A DNA stretch of 63,577 nucleotides, counting the filler, from Octopus bimaculoides (Eukaryota), in assembly GCF_001194135.2 (NCBI RefSeq). It is 5 parts of 5 records of this genome, joined end to end, with 100 filler letters (N's around TTAATTAATTAA, not from the genome) between each part and the next. Parts side by side here need not be neighbours in the genome. Positions count along the whole stretch, not along the records: positions 31,131 to 40,886 come from NC_069007.1; positions 40,987 to 58,493 come from NC_068986.1; 3 more parts are not named here. One strand, given 5' to 3'. A model generated the notes under the pieces. The model searched no databases. It was not told where the DNA came from and saw only the letters and a program-made list of their open reading frames with translations. The position numbers and the translations under genes were made by a program. Positions within the stretch are counted from its first letter, which is position 1; each line of letters opens with the position of its first letter. Shown here one piece after another: positions 37,868 to 50,210 of the stretch.

Positions 37868-38610
37868 CAGGTGTTCTCAACCACTTTTTTACCCATTCAC
37901 CACTCTGATCGTTATTTTATTCTGGTAGACCCCATAGTCAACGATATTTAGAAACTAATTTTATAGATAATTCTTCCAAAACTTCCTATTTTGTTTTTCA
38001 CACATTAACTTGTGTAGGCTGAACTATGTAAAGCGTTAAAGAAAGAAATCTATTTCTTGCAAAAAATACCAATATATGTTGTTGTTGGCACCCCGTCGCT
38101 TACGACGTCGAGGGTTCCAGTTGATCCGATCAACGGAACAGCCTGATCGTGAAATTAACGTGCAAGTGGCTGAGCACTCCACAGACACGTGTACCCTTAA
38201 CGTAGTTCTCGGGGATATTCAGCGTGACACAGTGTGACAAGGCTGACCCTTTGAATTACAGGCACAACAGAAACAGGAAGAAAGAGTGAGAGAAAGTTGT
38301 GGTGAAAGAGTACAGCAGGGTTCACCACCATCCCCTGCCGGAGCCTCGTGGAGCTTTAGGTGTCTTCGCTCAATAAACACTCACAGCGTTCGGTCTGGGA
38401 ATCGAAACCTCGATCCTATGACCGCGAGTCCGCTGCTCTAACCACTGGGCCATTGCGCCTCCACATACCAACACGTACATCTAAAGCAACATTTTTTAGA
38501 GACCCTTAGAATACTAAACTGAATCCCCAATTTTCTAATTTGATGCGTGGACCCCTAAGAACCTCATATACACTCTCAGGGGCCAGATGGACCCCATTTG
38601 AGAACCCCTG
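37868..38610. mobile_element. hAT-type MITE with 8-bp TSD
   Basis: TIRs caggtgttctcaa and ttgagaacccctg; flanks gtgtagac (37860-37867) and gtgttgac (38611-38618). An 8-bp TSD is characteristic of hAT. Confidence 0.8.
38078..38464 (-). mobile_element. SINE family A nested in the hAT MITE
   Basis: Full length; imperfect TSD ataccaatatat (38066-38077) and ataccaacacgt (38465-38476). Confidence 0.9.
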
Positions 38611-38885
38611 GTGTTGACCGTACAAACAACTATAGCAATTCATAATTTCGTAAATATTATGGATCGTAAGGTGCTTCTCGTTATGAACCAACTCAAATAA
38701 ATTGAAAAGTTATGGACAACGTCGTCTGTGGAAATAGACACTGCCTCGTTACCTGAGGAGATAATATATTTCTGTTTGTTAAACAATAGAGAAGATCCTC
38801 GTGTGCCTTCGAGAAAGAAAAAAGTAGTTGGACGGAAATATAAACAATACATGGTCCCTCAACAGTATCAGATCATATGGAATTA

Positions 38886-39067
38886 CGAAGGGTGCAGAAA
38901 CGTCCCTGGCTTTGAGTAATATAAAATACAGGAGGATATCAGTTAATTATGATTTTATTCAACATATTCCCCTCTCGAATTCACTCACTTATTGCAGCGG
39001 TCCTTCAGTTTTTCTAAGTCATGTAAAAGAACTTAGAAAACTGCCAGGAACTTTACAGCATCCCCAC

Positions 39068-39068
<1 letters not shown>
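38886..39068. mobile_element. Mariner-derived MITE (about 180 bp)
   Basis: TA-cgaagggtgcagaaacgtccctggc ... gccaggaactttacagcatccccacg: imperfect TIRs of about 25 bp. Confidence 0.75.
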
Positions 39069-39128
<60 letters not shown>

Positions 39129-39136
39129 CACACACA

Positions 39137-39264
39137 CAAAAATAAGAGGAATGACCAGCAAAAGTGGACTCTTATTTTTGTATATAATATAATTTTAATC
39201 TTCGGATTTTTTTAATATGCTAGACCACTGGTTTTAATTGATTAATATCAATTTCTACCCTTAT
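39137..39264 (-). mobile_element. Second copy of the 1207-1488 repeat with collapsed hairpins
   Basis: Reverse complement reads ataagggtagaaattgatattaatcaattaaaaccagtggtctagcat...aataagagtccact..tggtcattcctcttatt; short inverted repeat caaaaataagag/ctcttatttttg with a 20-nt loop. Confidence 0.7.
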
Positions 39265-39746
39265 NNNNNNNNNNNNNNNNNNNNNNNNNNNNNNNNNNNN
39301 NNNNNNNNNNNNNNNNNNNNNNNNNNNNNNNNNNNNNNNNNNNNNNNNNNNNNNNNNNNNNNNNNNNNNNNNNNNNNNNNNNNNNNNNNNNNNNNNNNNN
39401 NNNNNNNNNNNNNNNNNNNNNNNNNNNNNNNNNNNNNNNNNNNNNNNNNNNNNNNNNNNNNNNNNNNNNNNNNNNNNNNNNNNNNNNNNNNNNNNNNNNN
39501 NNNNNNNNNNNNNNNTGTTTTGGGTACTTGAGTAAATATATAAATTTAGTGAATGGAGTAAAACGCATATGTTAAATGAATTCTTTTATTTCCAACATAT
39601 GTTTCGAAGATTACAAATTATACCTTCCATAGGAATAGGTGATGTTGACAAGGATGTAATCTTCTCTTCAGGGAAATGCATAGGAACCAGCTTAACCGTA
39701 AGACATTTTAACCGAATATATATATATATATATATATATAGTAGTA

Positions 39747-39837
39747 GAGGCTATAGTAGAAGACACTTGCCCAAGGTGCCACGCAATGTGACTGAATCAG
39801 GAACCATGTGGTTCGTAAGCAAGCTACTTACCACACA
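39747..39837 (-). mobile_element. SINE family C head fragment
   Basis: gaggctatagtagaagacacttgcccaaggtgccacgc...taccacaca. Confidence 0.85.
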
Positions 39838-39875
39838 ATAAATTTAATATAGAAGACGGTAAAAAAAAGTTTGAC

Positions 39876-39947
39876 GTTGCCTGCAGTATTCGAACGCCGC
39901 GTCTGCTGTCTGCTGTATAGCCGTGCTGACCATTAGACCAAAGCGAC
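39876..39947 (-). pseudogene. Degenerate tRNA-like sequence (pseudogene or solo tRNA head)
   Basis: 72 nt with A box tggtctaatgg, B box gttcgaat and a near-cloverleaf with mismatches in every stem; T8 run just downstream. The anticodon loop is non-canonical, so the isotype cannot be assigned. Confidence 0.5.
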
Positions 39948-40276
39948 ATTACAGTTCTTGATCCTTTGGTTGCCAAAAATTGCATGTTTATATTTAGTTG
40001 CTACAGTAATATATTAGCCTCTGTGTGTGTTGTGTTCTGTAAGTGTGCGAGTGCGTAATATTAGAAAAATAAAAACTGATAAAACGATGATGGAAGAGAC
40101 AACGTAATGAAGATGTATATATGGATATGTTGGAATGTATGTGTATGTATATATATACACTCCTACAAATGTATATACGCACTAGTACAAACATATAAAT
40201 ATGCACACGTACAAACATGCATATATATGCATACGTACAAACATATACATATATATAATACCTCGTTCAGAGATTT

Positions 40277-40313
<37 letters not shown>

Positions 40314-40825
40314 TCACGTACAAACATATATATATGCACACGTACATACATATATATGTGCGTGTGTGTGTGCACACGTACAAGCGTATACATATATGCA
40401 CATGGACAAACACGCACACACACATATATGGGAGGAGAGAAGAAAAAAAGAATATTGTTGGTAAAAATTAAAAGGATGAGAGAGGACGAGATAAATATTT
40501 GCGAATGACAGATCTAATTGAGTGATGAGTTGGTTGATAAATAGAATAACAGAAAGTTGGATAAACTATAGAGAAGGAAAGGAAGGAGGGAAGGAAGCTG
40601 TAGTGAGAGGAGGAGGAGGAGGAGGAAGAGGAGGAGATGGAAAGACGGTGTGGTTCAGTGTTAATAGAAGTCTAATGTGCTTTAACTTTGAACCGTAAAT
40701 AGCGATAAGCAGAGACGCACACGCACATGCGGAAAAATCCATACATACATACATACACACGTGCACATACACGTGTATGTGTATGCATATGTGTGTGTTT
40801 GTGTGTCTGTGTAAATATGAATATG

Positions 40826-40886
<61 letters not shown>

Positions 40887-40986
40887 NNNNNNNNNNNNNN
40901 NNNNNNNNNNNNNNNNNNNNNNNNNNNNNNTTAATTAATTAANNNNNNNNNNNNNNNNNNNNNNNNNNNNNNNNNNNNNNNNNNNN
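40887..40986. other. Artificial scaffold linker
   Basis: N44-TTAATTAATTAA-N44. Confidence 0.9.
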
Positions 40987-41308
40987 TATATATATATATA
41001 TATATGGAAATACATATGTATGTTTACATACACACACATATGTTTGAGTGTATGAATGAATATATGTATGTGCTATGTGCACACACACGCGCGCGCGCGC
41101 GCGCACACACATACAGACACATGCACAAAAAGTTAGAAGAGATACAGAGGCAGTGTGAGACATACCGAGCAGATACATGGCTGAACAGTCAGACAAACAG
41201 ACAGACAGATAGATAGTGAGTTATATAGAAATACACAATGAAACGCAGCTGTACAATAGAATGGCAAAATGCGGTGGCGAGACTGGATTGGCTGTAATGA
41301 AACGTTGT

Positions 41309-41347
41309 ACAGAGATCCTGACAGAGATCCTGACAGAGATCCTGACA
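41309..41347. repeat. 12-bp tandem repeat (ACAGAGATCCTG)x3
   Basis: Direct reading. Confidence 0.9.
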
Positions 41348-41457
41348 GCAAATTATGTATGAGTGTGTTGGTGTATATGTGGGTATATATATATATACGT
41401 TCGTTTGTGTATGTGTTGATATATGCCTATATATACGTGTGTATATGTGCATATATA

Positions 41458-41760
41458 CGTGGTCTGATCATTAACTATCCGGACTGTTGCCATAGTAACG
41501 AAGATAAAGCACGAAAAGTGAAGCTGCTTGCCACAGATTAACCTTGAACTCTGCTGTGCATGCGCACTAAGTTTTAGCTTTCTAGTTCACTTCCGCTGTT
41601 TACAGTAGTACTTGGAAGGAATGTGTGTAGCGTGTGACCGTTGCATTGACCATGACAAAAAAAGTTGAGTAGAGAATCTGCATCAAATTTTGCCGAAAGT
41701 TTGGCGATACTTGCTCCGAGGCCTATGCAAAGTTTTCAAAAAGTTTTCATCGTGTCTTTT
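41458..41760 (+). mobile_element. Mariner transposon 5' fragment (second family)
   Basis: TA-cgtggtctgatc..tatccggact TIR-like start; MTKKVE*RICIKFCRKFGDTCSEAYAK from 41652 matches the mariner EQRxCIKFC motif. Confidence 0.8.
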
Positions 41761-41762
41761 AC

Positions 41763-41812
41763 AATAGCCTCAGGCCGACCAAAGCCTTTTGAATGGATTT
41801 GGTAGACGGAAA
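41763..41812 (+). mobile_element. SINE family C fragment
   Basis: atagcctcaggccgaccaaagcc..ggatttggtagacggaaac. Confidence 0.8.
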
Positions 41813-41834
41813 CNNNNNNNNNNNNNNNNNNNNN

Positions 41835-41872
<38 letters not shown>

Positions 41873-41939
41873 GTGTGTTGGTGGTAAACGAAGTGTACGA
41901 AATATACTAAATATATATTTTTAAAATCATATTTATTAG

Positions 41940-43380
41940 ACGGCTGTAGATGTTTCGCTCCGTCTCTACTCTGAGTTTCCATCAATTTACCCATTTATAT
42001 ATCGTGATGATAGACCTCTAATGTTCATCAAAAACAGGTTTTGTCATTTCTCATTGAGTAGATGCAACCATCCAGAAGTATGTGAGTCTGTGTCGCCCTC
42101 TGTGGAATACTCTTGGTACCCGTAGCTAATTTTACTGTTATATTGGGAAGTGCACTTTGGTTTATCGGGTGATTATTAACTGACACCACTTTATCTGTTC
42201 TATAAATTCCGATTTTACGTATTGTAGAAATTCTGTGATTGTGAAATGAGGTAATTGTTGACAACATCAATAAAACCCTTTCAGCGAGGACTTTAACCTA
42301 TGGGGTTGCTCTGTCCACGACATTCTAAGCTATGGGTTTTTCTTTTTTTTCTTTTGTACTACGACCGCAGCTTTCGAACTGAAACTGCTTAAAGAGTCAA
42401 AAAGAGTGTCAGGAATGTAGTGCATCGATCTGAATGGAAGTATGCGTTGGTGGTAACAATTTTTAAGTATATGCGTGGTGAGTTTCATATAATGTCTCTC
42501 GATACCACTACGGATGATATTCTTATATAACTACCTGAAGAATGTATGACCTTCTAAGTGGATAATCTGAGGAGTTTGCAAAATGAATGTTGTGGCGAGG
42601 GCTGGCTGAGTCTGCATTTTAGTACTTGATGTAAGATCTGAGAACTGATCTTATCCGGCTAAACGTAGCTCACTTTCATGTGTTTGGTGTTAAAACGTTT
42701 TTAGTATATAAGTAAAATAGTTGGGAAATGAGGTTTTAAGATGGACAAGATGTTCCTGTCAATGACACTGGTTATATTCAATTTGAAATGGTTGACAGAA
42801 CTGAACAAAATAAACATTGTCTTCCTTACTCTATTCTGTGGGAGTTTTCTTGTACATTGGGAATACTTTCACTACAGATGCTTCCTGCCAGTACATTGTA
42901 ATAACAGGAAATAGCTTGGTTGAAAATGTCCCAGATACAAGAGGGACTGTAAACTCTTCTACTAATGTGGTTTATGAGATTGTTCGTTTCGGCGAGTTAG
43001 GGAGACTGCATGCATATGGTTTCTTCATTTAGCTTTGAATAGGGCGGTGTTTTCTCACGATGAAGTCTATTGTCATATTTAATTAGTAAATTATTGTTTG
43101 TTAGATTGCTGGTAATGGTCATATTGGAATAGAATTTCTTATATTAAATATTCTGATCAGTACTTTTCTGAATCTATGTATTGTGTGGCTATTCATGTTG
43201 TAGGAAACAGATAAAGAGTTACAGTTAAACAATCCCAAGCTATGGGGGATTGTTTATTAACTATTAAAGCAATTTCCTGGCTTTTATTATTATCCGAGTT
43301 CTGAGATCTCTCTAATTATGGCTGATATTTCTACCGAATCGCTAACTTCCAGGAGGGAAAGAGATATAGATAGGGCAAAC
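41940..43380 (-). mobile_element. Highly degenerate Penelope-like element (RT to GIY-YIG linker)
   Basis: HFPTILLIY*KRFNTKHMKVSY resembles the PLE linker HFP..KIFNxNTxKVSYS. Weaker PSCIWD and PL..VV relics flank it. Confidence 0.4.
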
Positions 43381-43399
43381 GCATACATACCAACATATA

Positions 43400-44255
43400 C
43401 AGGGTGCGGTAAATATATTGTCGTCTAAATGACGCAAAAATGAAAATAACACGGACATCTCATTTTAACAAATATATTTAGCAAAATTGCATAAAAATAT
43501 CTTAAAATACTAAGGAGTAAACTTATTCAAAGAAATCGCCATTGGCTTCAACCAAGGCGTCCAGATGACTTCGGAATTTTCTACAATTCTTCTAGATGGT
43601 CTCCTTGTTTAAGTCGGTGAATGTTGCCATAATTCTTGCCTTCAGTTCATCTTTGGTGTTACAAGGAGTTTTGTTGGTCTTTCGCTCAACTGCGCCTCAC
43701 ACATAATAATGAAGGGGTTGCAGTATGGGGAATTAGTTGTTAGGGGTGATGTGGTCGCAGAAATTGTCTGACGGCCATGACTGGGCTCTCCTGCTTGTGT
43801 GGCATGGTGGAGAGTACTGTTGCCAGACATAGGGTCTTCTAGCAGCCACTCTCTTCATCCAGGGCAACACTACCTCCTCCAGGTATTCGATGTAGACCTC
43901 CACGTTGAGTCAAAGGCCGTATGGGAAGACGAATGGAGGCATAACGTCGCCATCACTAGTGATCACTACTAATACCATGATGCTGACTGGATGTTTGATT
44001 TTTATCACTCTCCGTACAAGTTTTGGGGACACGGCAAGTCAACAGTTGTTCTGTGTTCACCATCTGTTCGTACTGAAGCTTCCGGCGCGAATGCCAAGCA
44101 ATACTGTATGTCGTTTCCAAATGTCTAGCAGAGTGAATTGCATCATGGTTTTTCTCACAGATGTGCCCAGCTGACCCTACTATACTGTTTATTCAACAAA
44201 ATCGAAAACAAACAGTGCGCATGCGTGAAATTGAAAATACAAAATGGCATCTTCT
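43400..44255 (-). mobile_element. maT (DD37D)-like transposon, internally deleted, both ends present
   Basis: TA-cagggtgcggt TIR. Reads IKHPVSIMV..YLEEVVLPWMKRVAARRPYVWQQ..PCHTSRR..SDNFCDHITPN..YYV*GAVERKTNK..ALVEANGDFFE* (stop at 43523). The 5' end is homologous to 22800-22990. Confidence 0.85.
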
Positions 44256-44260
44256 GTATA

Positions 44261-44313
<53 letters not shown>

Positions 44314-44315
44314 GG

Positions 44316-45060
44316 GGAGGGTCCATCAGGTGTCTCTCAATGGATTCCCTGCGGATAAGGAGCATCAGATAATTTCTCAGCTCAGGACCTCCGAGCGTGA
44401 AAGACCCAAACAGGATGTTGTCTGGTCCTGGGGCTTTGCCCGGTTTCATGCGCTCGAATGCCTTGTTGAACGCATGATGCGTGGGCGGCAGGGAATCCAA
44501 TAGCGGATGGGGTGCTTTGAGGTGTTTTGGAGGAGATCATCAGGAGTGCATGAGTGGTCGTTAAGTAGGCATTCGAAATAGGACTTCCAGATCCCATTTC
44601 CTGGTGTCGTTTATCGTAGAGCCAGCTGCGTTCTTCAGGCCACCCACTGATGACTTTGTGGGGCCGGTTACGCATAAAAGCGGCGCAAGTCTCGTTGGTC
44701 CGCATAGTTTTGCATCTCCTCTGCTTTCCTCTGCCACCAGATGTTCTGAGCTTCTCGAATTCTTCGCTGGCATTCCGTTGATGCTTGCTGCTGTTTTCGT
44801 TTGTTCTCCACAGTGCTATGGTTCTCGAGGGTGAGACGCATCCGGAGTTTGGCTTCGATAATACGGGAGATAGTTTCGTCATTCTCGTCAAACCAGTCTT
44901 GATTCTTCTTCCGGGCAAAGCCGATCGTCTCTTCGGCGGCAGCGGTCATGGCTTTACGAGATAGGGTCTTGGAGGTTCATTAGGTGTCTCTCAATGGATT
45001 CCCTGAAGTTTTGAGATGCTTGTGAGTTCCGGAGTTTGGCGCAGTCGAAGCGTCAGCAAA
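44316..45060 (-). mobile_element. RTE LINE, inverted 5' segment
   Basis: RFDCAKL..FRESIERHL..AAAEETIGFARKKNQDWFDEND..WWQRKAEEMQNYAD..MKPGKAPGPDNI..GGPELRNYLMLLI. Confidence 0.9.
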
Positions 45061-45075
45061 GAAATTTTGCTGAGA

Positions 45076-46750
45076 CCCGTTTGAGTTTTTCACGCACGGA
45101 GGTCTTGAGCTGAGAAATCATCTGATGCTCCTGATCCTAAAGATCTGGGAAAGCAAGACCTTCCCGAACGACTTCCACGATGCAACTATAATCACCATTT
45201 ACAAGAAGGGAGACCGAGAAGATTACAACAACTATCGGGTAATCTCACTCCTGAGTATTGCAAGTAAGATCTTCGCCCGCATCCTACTCAATCGTCTCCT
45301 CATCCTTGCGGAAGACTCTTCCCTGGATCACAATGTGGCTTTCGGCCCTCTCGAGGCACAATCGACATGATCTTTTTTGCCTGTCAACTATAGGAGAAGT
45401 GTCAAGAACAAAAACAGCCTGCAATGTTCATCTTCTGAGATCTAAAGAAAGCCTTTGACAAGGTCCCCCGTCCTGCAATGTGAACTGTCTTTGCTCTGTT
45501 TGGATGTCCGGAGGACTTCATTGCCTTGGTCCACTCCCTTCACGACAGCATGGTGGCTAGGGTACGCTATCAAAATGCCCTCACAGACCCGTTTCCAATC
45601 ACTGGGGGTCTTAAGCAAGGATGCGTCCTGGCGCCAACCTGTTTCTCGTTGTACATGGCCGCTATGTTCAACGAAATCCCACTAGACTTGCCTTCCATCA
45701 ACATGCGCTATCGCTTGGATGATGGACTCTTTAATCTCGCACGTCTCCGCGCAAAGACGAAGACCTCCGCCATCTCAGTCCGTGAGATGCAGTATACCGA
45801 CGACAATGCTATGCTGAACCGAACCGCAGAGAGCCTACAAAAGACAGCCGGGCTTTACAACGCAGCTCACGAACGCTTCGGGATGCAGGTAAACACATTA
45901 AAGACCAAAACCCTGATCCAACTTGCACCAGGCCAGAACAGTCCACCTACGAACATTAGCATCAACGGCCAACTCCTAGACGAAGTTGAACACTTCTCAT
46001 ACCTTGAGAGTATCTTTTCGAAGACCCCAACACATGTGAAAAGGGCGTGGAGAACAGAATCAGGGCTGCCCATTCCACCTTCGCTAGATTCAGCTAACGT
46101 GCATTCTTCAATCATACGCTGACCATCTGGACAAAGATCATGGTCTTCTGTGCCATTGTCCTGTCAACTCTTCTCTACGCTTGTGAGATTTGGACGCTGT
46201 ACCGCCGTGACTTCAAGCGCCTTGAATGCTTCCAGCAATACAAGCTACGACAGATCCTCACATTACCAACAACGAGGTTCTTCGCCGCGCCTTACTACCA
46301 AGCGTCGAAGCCACCATTCTTTGCCATCGTCTTCGCTGGGCAGGTCACGTTCAGCGTTCGGAGCCCTCTCGTCTCCTGAGGATCATGCTGTACAGAGAAG
46401 GTCCGAAATTCCGTTTTAAAGACCAGCTCCAACGGACCCTTGCTCAAACTAACATTCAGCTATCCTCATGGGAACAGATTGCTATGGATAGGACAACCTG
46501 GAGGACTACTATCCACAATGGAGCCAGCTCCTTCGAGCAGAACGGACAAGAAATGAGGAGGTAAAACGCGGGATAAGAAAGGAGATTCTTCAATATCCGC
46601 GACCCACACCGACCATCCTGTGCGAATTCTGCCCACAACTCTTTCACCACCGACTTGGACTCCAAAGTCACATTCGGCACAAACATGTGCCGAGGAGAGT
46701 GGATAGAAATTGACGAACCCAATGCTCGGATATGAGTTGGAGCCGACGTA
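45076..46750 (+). mobile_element. RTE LINE RT domain to 3' end (frameshifted)
   Basis: IWESK..DATIITIYKKGDR..NYRVISLLSIASKIFARILLNRL, GLKQGCVLAP, QYTDD, RLRWAGHV, C-terminal CEFC..GLQSHIRHKH zinc finger, short 3' UTR, then (CA)n. Confidence 0.92.
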
Positions 46751-46758
46751 CACTCACG

Positions 46759-46818
<60 letters not shown>

Positions 46819-47994
46819 TGCACACACAGACAGACGTACACATATATATACATATATATATATATATGTGAGTGTGTGTGTGTGTGTGTGTGTGTACGTT
46901 TGTCTGTGTTTGTGTGTCTGTGTCTGTGTTTGTGTGTCTGTGTCTGTGTTTGTGTGTGCGAGTGTGTGTGTGTGTGTGCGCGTGTACATATATACATGTG
47001 TATGCATAAACGCACATATACGTAGATAGAGTATTAGTTCAAATGTTTAGAATTCATTTGTAATTATATATATTTATGTAAGCATAGTATAGGTAGGTAT
47101 ATAGATTCATTTTCATTACGGTATTTTAACGATTTACAAGAATTTGAACTAAAAGCTGATAATTGTCCATTTGAATTATTGGAATGGTTACAAAGCTACA
47201 GTAATATTAGCATATAATAACATGGTTGTCTGAATTCCATGATAGAGCTAATATATGATGCTACGGCCTGTTAGAAATAGCATTTACATCATCGAAGCAG
47301 ACCTAGAATGTTGGAAAATGAAGGGACATATTGGGATGCTCAAGTGCAAGCTACAATTCTGCCAGAACATATGATAGGATGATCAAAGATTTAATACATT
47401 TGAACAATGTTGTGTACGATAACAATAACAAGCTAAAACTTCATAAAAGTATTTCCCCTTTGAACACATAGCACATTTGATTAAATATTTGGAAGGCAAA
47501 AGGAAAACTTTTGATAGAAACCGCTCAACTCGACAACTTTCAGTTGAAAATGAGAGAAATCCGCTTGTCAAAGAATCATTAGAAAAACTAAATATTCAGT
47601 ATGAGATAAAAGCATCTTATTAATTCCCAACTTCAAAGCAAAGTGTTAAAATACTTTTGCGTAATGCTGGAAATGGGAAAAGCACAATAAACGGAAGCTC
47701 TAAACGCCAGTGTTTTCAAACTGAATTCTACATTGCCGTTTGTAATTTAGAGCATCATATTAGATATAGAAGATTTGATTAAACGTTTAATGTTAAGCTA
47801 TAAACAATATTTGTATAGCTTCATTTTAATAATCAAACACAAATGTCGAGGCATATAAACACATACACACACACACACACACATACACACATAAAAACAT
47901 AAATGAGTATATACGGATATGTGTGTGCGTGTGTGTGTGTGCGTGTGTGTGTGTGTGTGTATAAAGAAAAACACAAACGTCGACCTCCGCTAAG

Positions 47995-48037
<43 letters not shown>

Positions 48038-48069
48038 CATATATACATACACACAGAGACACACACACA

Positions 48070-49560
48070 CCTATATTAGTTCAGCTCTCTCTGGAATCAC
48101 CATTTTCGCCAACTTCATTGCTTTTGTCCCCTATCATTCCACTTACACCGATGTTAATGACACAGAGACCAAAGAGTTTGTCATCCTTAACAAACACTCC
48201 TACAAACCAAAAACTCGCTGTCTGTCTAACCTTCAAACAAAACATTTACTTTGCTGCGTTGTAATTGCATCCAGCGAATCGTTATGCAACTCCGTAATCA
48301 AAGTCCATCATTTTATACTCCTTACCTCAGTACATCCTGTATACTTATTAATTAATTGGTCGGAACTTCAATTCTCAAAGGTACCTCTTACCGTAAATGT
48401 ATTTCACCCAATTTGCTAATCGGGTGACTGAAATCACCAACAGCATTTATGTATCTCCACAAACTACACAAAACCAAAACCTGTATCTCCAGTTTCCTGA
48501 GACGTGTTGCTTACAGCTGTATTGCAGTTGTACAGACAAAATCCCGGAGAAACTGAGAGACTTTTACCCTTGACATAAATCCAATATTTATACTGATGGA
48601 GAGACTCGGTTAAAGTAGGCACCTAACATCGACCACACCTAAATGCCTTACACCTAAAATGCTTTCCCACTATCAACGATGAAATCGAGACTGTCCTTCA
48701 ATGAAGAAAATATCACTGGTGTCTTTCTACATACGTCACCCCTCTAGTCTAGAACAGTATTCTTCTAACACCTTCAAAATTGTTATATTTACTAGACCTC
48801 ACAATAACTAGTGTATTTTATCGGCGGCCCAACATATATACAAAATAGCAGGATTCCTCTCTAGTACCAGGGAATACTTGAGCGTTGATAAGTTGTTAAG
48901 CTTCTTCAAAGCCCATATAAGATCCAAGATGCTGTAACTGTCACATACCTGGAACAGAATTTCTGCTATACTAAAGCGGCGAACTGGCAGAAACGTTAGC
49001 ACGCCGGGTGAAATGCTTAGCGGTATTTCGCTTGTCTTTACGCTCTGAATTCAAATTCCGCCGAGGTCGACTATGCCTTTCATCCTTTCGGGGGTCGATA
49101 AATGAAGTACCTGTTGCGTACTGGGGTTGATCTAATCGACTGGCTCCCTCCCCCCAAAAATTTCGGAACTTGTGCCTAGAGTAGAAAAGAACTTCTGCTA
49201 TACTCAAAGAAACATCCAAGAACACATTCAAAAGAACACTAATTGTCAGCCTGAAAATAATTCATTTACCAACCGACATAGTCAAACACATGCAAACTTT
49301 CCTGTCTTAGCCTATTCTATTAATGTTATAATGGTCCCTGTTCTCCTGAACTATTAATCTGTACAGATCCACTCTATCCATCGTTCCATGATTACTGAGT
49401 CTTACCTCCGAAACTACAATACTAAACACTTTGGCCAGTCCTTTCTTGCCATGTCTACAACGCTGAAATGTCATACTCATCCACACATTTCCTGCCAGCG
49501 TTGACCTACAAAAACACCAGTTAGATATCAGCTTCAATAGTCACACCACTCTAGAAGGAC
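48070..49560 (+). mobile_element. Degenerate CR1/L2/Jockey-group LINE
   Basis: Clear at 48850-49530: GFLSSTREYLSVDKLLSFFKAHIRSKML*LSHTW, CLSLFY*CYNGPCSPEL, TKHFGQSF. The A/C-rich 48070-48800 segment may be a 5' relic (EENITGVFL). Confidence 0.65.
48973..49192 (+). mobile_element. SINE family B, full length, perfect 12-bp TSD
   Basis: ttctgctatact at 48961-48972 and 49193-49204; tRNA-like head with B box gaattcaaattcc. Confidence 0.93.
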
Positions 49561-49744
49561 GAGAAAGGGACATTGATATTTGCTTGCTCTTCTTCTTGGT
49601 AAATTGTAAAGATGACAGTGTATTTAGAGTTTCGCCCCAGGCAGAGTTGTTCGTGACTGTTATGCACAGCTCTGCTTCGGAAGATACTGACAACGTTTCA
49701 TATAATAAAATGTATTTGTGTGCATGACAGAGGTGAGGAAGGAA

Positions 49745-49786
<42 letters not shown>

Positions 49787-49806
49787 AGGAAAGAAAGGAA
49801 GGAAGG

Positions 49807-49842
<36 letters not shown>

Positions 49843-50210
49843 GATTTCTGGCTTTATTTTTAGTATTTCTCACCATTAACGAAAGAAACCGCCTGGAGTC
49901 CAAAAAGAAGCTCTTTCTTTGGAATTTAAACATCAACTAAGTCTTGAATGTTGTGTCAAATATGTATGTCTACCTGAATGTATAAGTATGTATGTGCATA
50001 AGTATGTGCATATGTATGAATGCACGCATGTATGCATGTATACTCCGGTCACCCATGCATGTGTGTACATCTATGTTATTGCTTCAATGAATTTGATTTT
50101 ATGAAATATATATACGTACATATAAACAAGGATAAAATCATGTAAATTATAATATCAAGTGGCCAACATGCTATAAAACCTCGTGGTTAAATTATACTAA
50201 AATAATAATT

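Noticed and set aside
41309-41347. Regular direct repeats as a CRISPR-like array
   Set aside because: Three 12-bp units with no spacers in eukaryotic context; the SINE repeats are dispersed rather than arrayed.
47445-47625. Open frame KYFPFEHIAHLIKYLEGK...IKASY
   Set aside because: About 58 codons between stops, with no start, no convincing splice sites and no recognisable domain.
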